Below are positions 62,690 through 64,000 of a stretch of DNA of 64,000 bases, piece after piece (position 1 is the first letter of the stretch; every line of letters begins with the position of its first letter). Origin of the DNA: Lama glama (taxonomy: Eukaryota); the NCBI GenBank assembly GCA_028534125.1, contig CM052816.1:17238001-17302000 (forward strand), read 5' to 3'. Made by a program: the position numbers and the translations under genes. The notes below the pieces were generated by a model. That model was given only the letters and a program-made list of their open reading frames with translations, did no database searches and had not been told where the DNA came from.

Positions 62690-64000
62690 TTGAGGCCATT
62701 TTGAGGCTATTATGAATAATGCTGCTATGAACATTCAGGTACAAGTTTTTGTGTGGATGTAAGTTTTTATTTTTCTTGGGAGTGGGGTTGCTGCGTCATG
62801 TGATAACTCTATGTTTAACCTTTTGAGGGAATGTCAGACTGTTTTTCAAAGCAGCTGCACCACTTCCCATTTTTATCAGCAGTGTAGGAAGGTTCCAATG
62901 TCTCCATATCTTCACAACACTTGTTGTTTTCTGTGGTTTTCATTATAATCATCCCATTGAGTAGGAAGAGTTATCTCATTGTGATTTTGATTTGCATTTC
63001 TCTGATGACTAGTGATGTTGAACATCTTTTCATGTGGTCATTGGCCATTTCCATATCTTATATGGAGAAATGTCTGTGAAGATACTTTGTCTATTTTAAA
63101 TTGGGTTATATGTCTACTTACAATTGAGTTGTAAGGTTTCAAGTTCTTTATATATTCTGGATACAAGCCTTTTATCAGATACATGATTTACAAAGTTTTC
63201 CTTTCATTATATAGATTTTCTTCTCACTTTCATGACGTCCTGATGGTGTCCTTTGAGGAACAAAGTTGTAAACTTTGATGTCTAATTTTTAAATTTTCTT
63301 TTGCGCTTTTGGCATCCTGTCTAACAAACCATTGCCTAATCTAAAGTCATGAAGACTTACCCCTGTGTTTTCTTCTAAGAGTTTTATAGTTTTAGCTCTT
63401 ACATTTAGGTCTTTGATTAATTTTGAGTTAATTTTTGTATATTGTGTGAAGTAAGGGTCCAACTTTATTCTTTTGCATGTGGATATTCAGTTATCCAGTT
63501 GTCAGTAGTGTTGCTATGAACCCTTTGTTGAAAAGACTGTTCTTTCCCAGTTGAATGGTCTAGCACCCTTGCCAAAAATCAACTGACTGTGAATGTGAAG
63601 GTTTATTTTTAGACTCTCAATTCTAGTTTGTTGATCTATATAACTCTCCATGTGCTATTACTACACTTTTTAGCTTTGTAGTAAGTTTTGAAATTGAGAA
63701 ACCTGAATCCTTCAACTCTATTCTGTTTCAACATTGTTTTGACCACTCTAGTTTCCTTGAATTTCCATATGAATTGTAGATTCAGCCTGTCACTTTCTGT
63801 GAAGAAGCCAACTGGGAGTTTGATAGAAATTATGTTGAATCTGTAGAATATTTTGGGGGAGTATTGCCATCTTAGCAACATTAATCTTTTAATTCACAAA
63901 CGCTTACTTAGATTTTCCACTAATTTAGCTCTTCTTTAATTTCTTTCAACTGTGTTTTATAGTTCTAAGGTATAGGTTTTGTCCTTCTTTTGTTTTATTC
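62690..64000 (-). mobile_element. Older L1 fragment, continuing past the window end
   Basis: 'gctattatgaataatgctgctatgaacattc'; minus ORF 63636-63881 (IFYRFNIISIKLP...FIWK...NFKTYYKA) is ORF2-like. Confidence 0.85.

Noticed and set aside
56293..64000. KLHL3 exon 3 (BTB start)
   Set aside because: No matching sequence found; it likely lies downstream of the window or in the gap.

Overview
This is mammalian genomic DNA, most likely from a camelid: two tRNA-derived SINEs match my recollection of the camelid Vic-1 type. The window holds the intact, intronless HNRNPA0 gene on the + strand (CDS 21516-22436) in a CpG island, followed by a long repeat-poor 3' region. About 20 kb downstream on the same strand is the 5' end of KLHL3 (coding exon 1 at 42516-42529, exon 2 at 56173-56292; the rest lies beyond the window). 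Most other recognisable sequence is interspersed repeats (L1, L2, MIR, MaLR/ERVL LTRs, hAT MITEs), microsatellites and one 500-N assembly gap. Nearly all other ORFs in the track are repeat-derived or shadow ORFs. I see no convincing wholly new biological system. The best leads are: a candidate ACG-initiated N-terminal extension of hnRNP A0; a uORF plus an in-frame upstream AUG in the KLHL3 leader; a tailless U6 retrocopy with a target-site duplication (TSD) inside an L1; a twin-primed inverted L1 splitting a MIR; and two outward-facing young L1 3' ends bracketing the gap. Repeat family names and human-protein comparisons come from memory of consensus sequences, not from a search. Repeat boundaries are approximate unless TSDs are cited.
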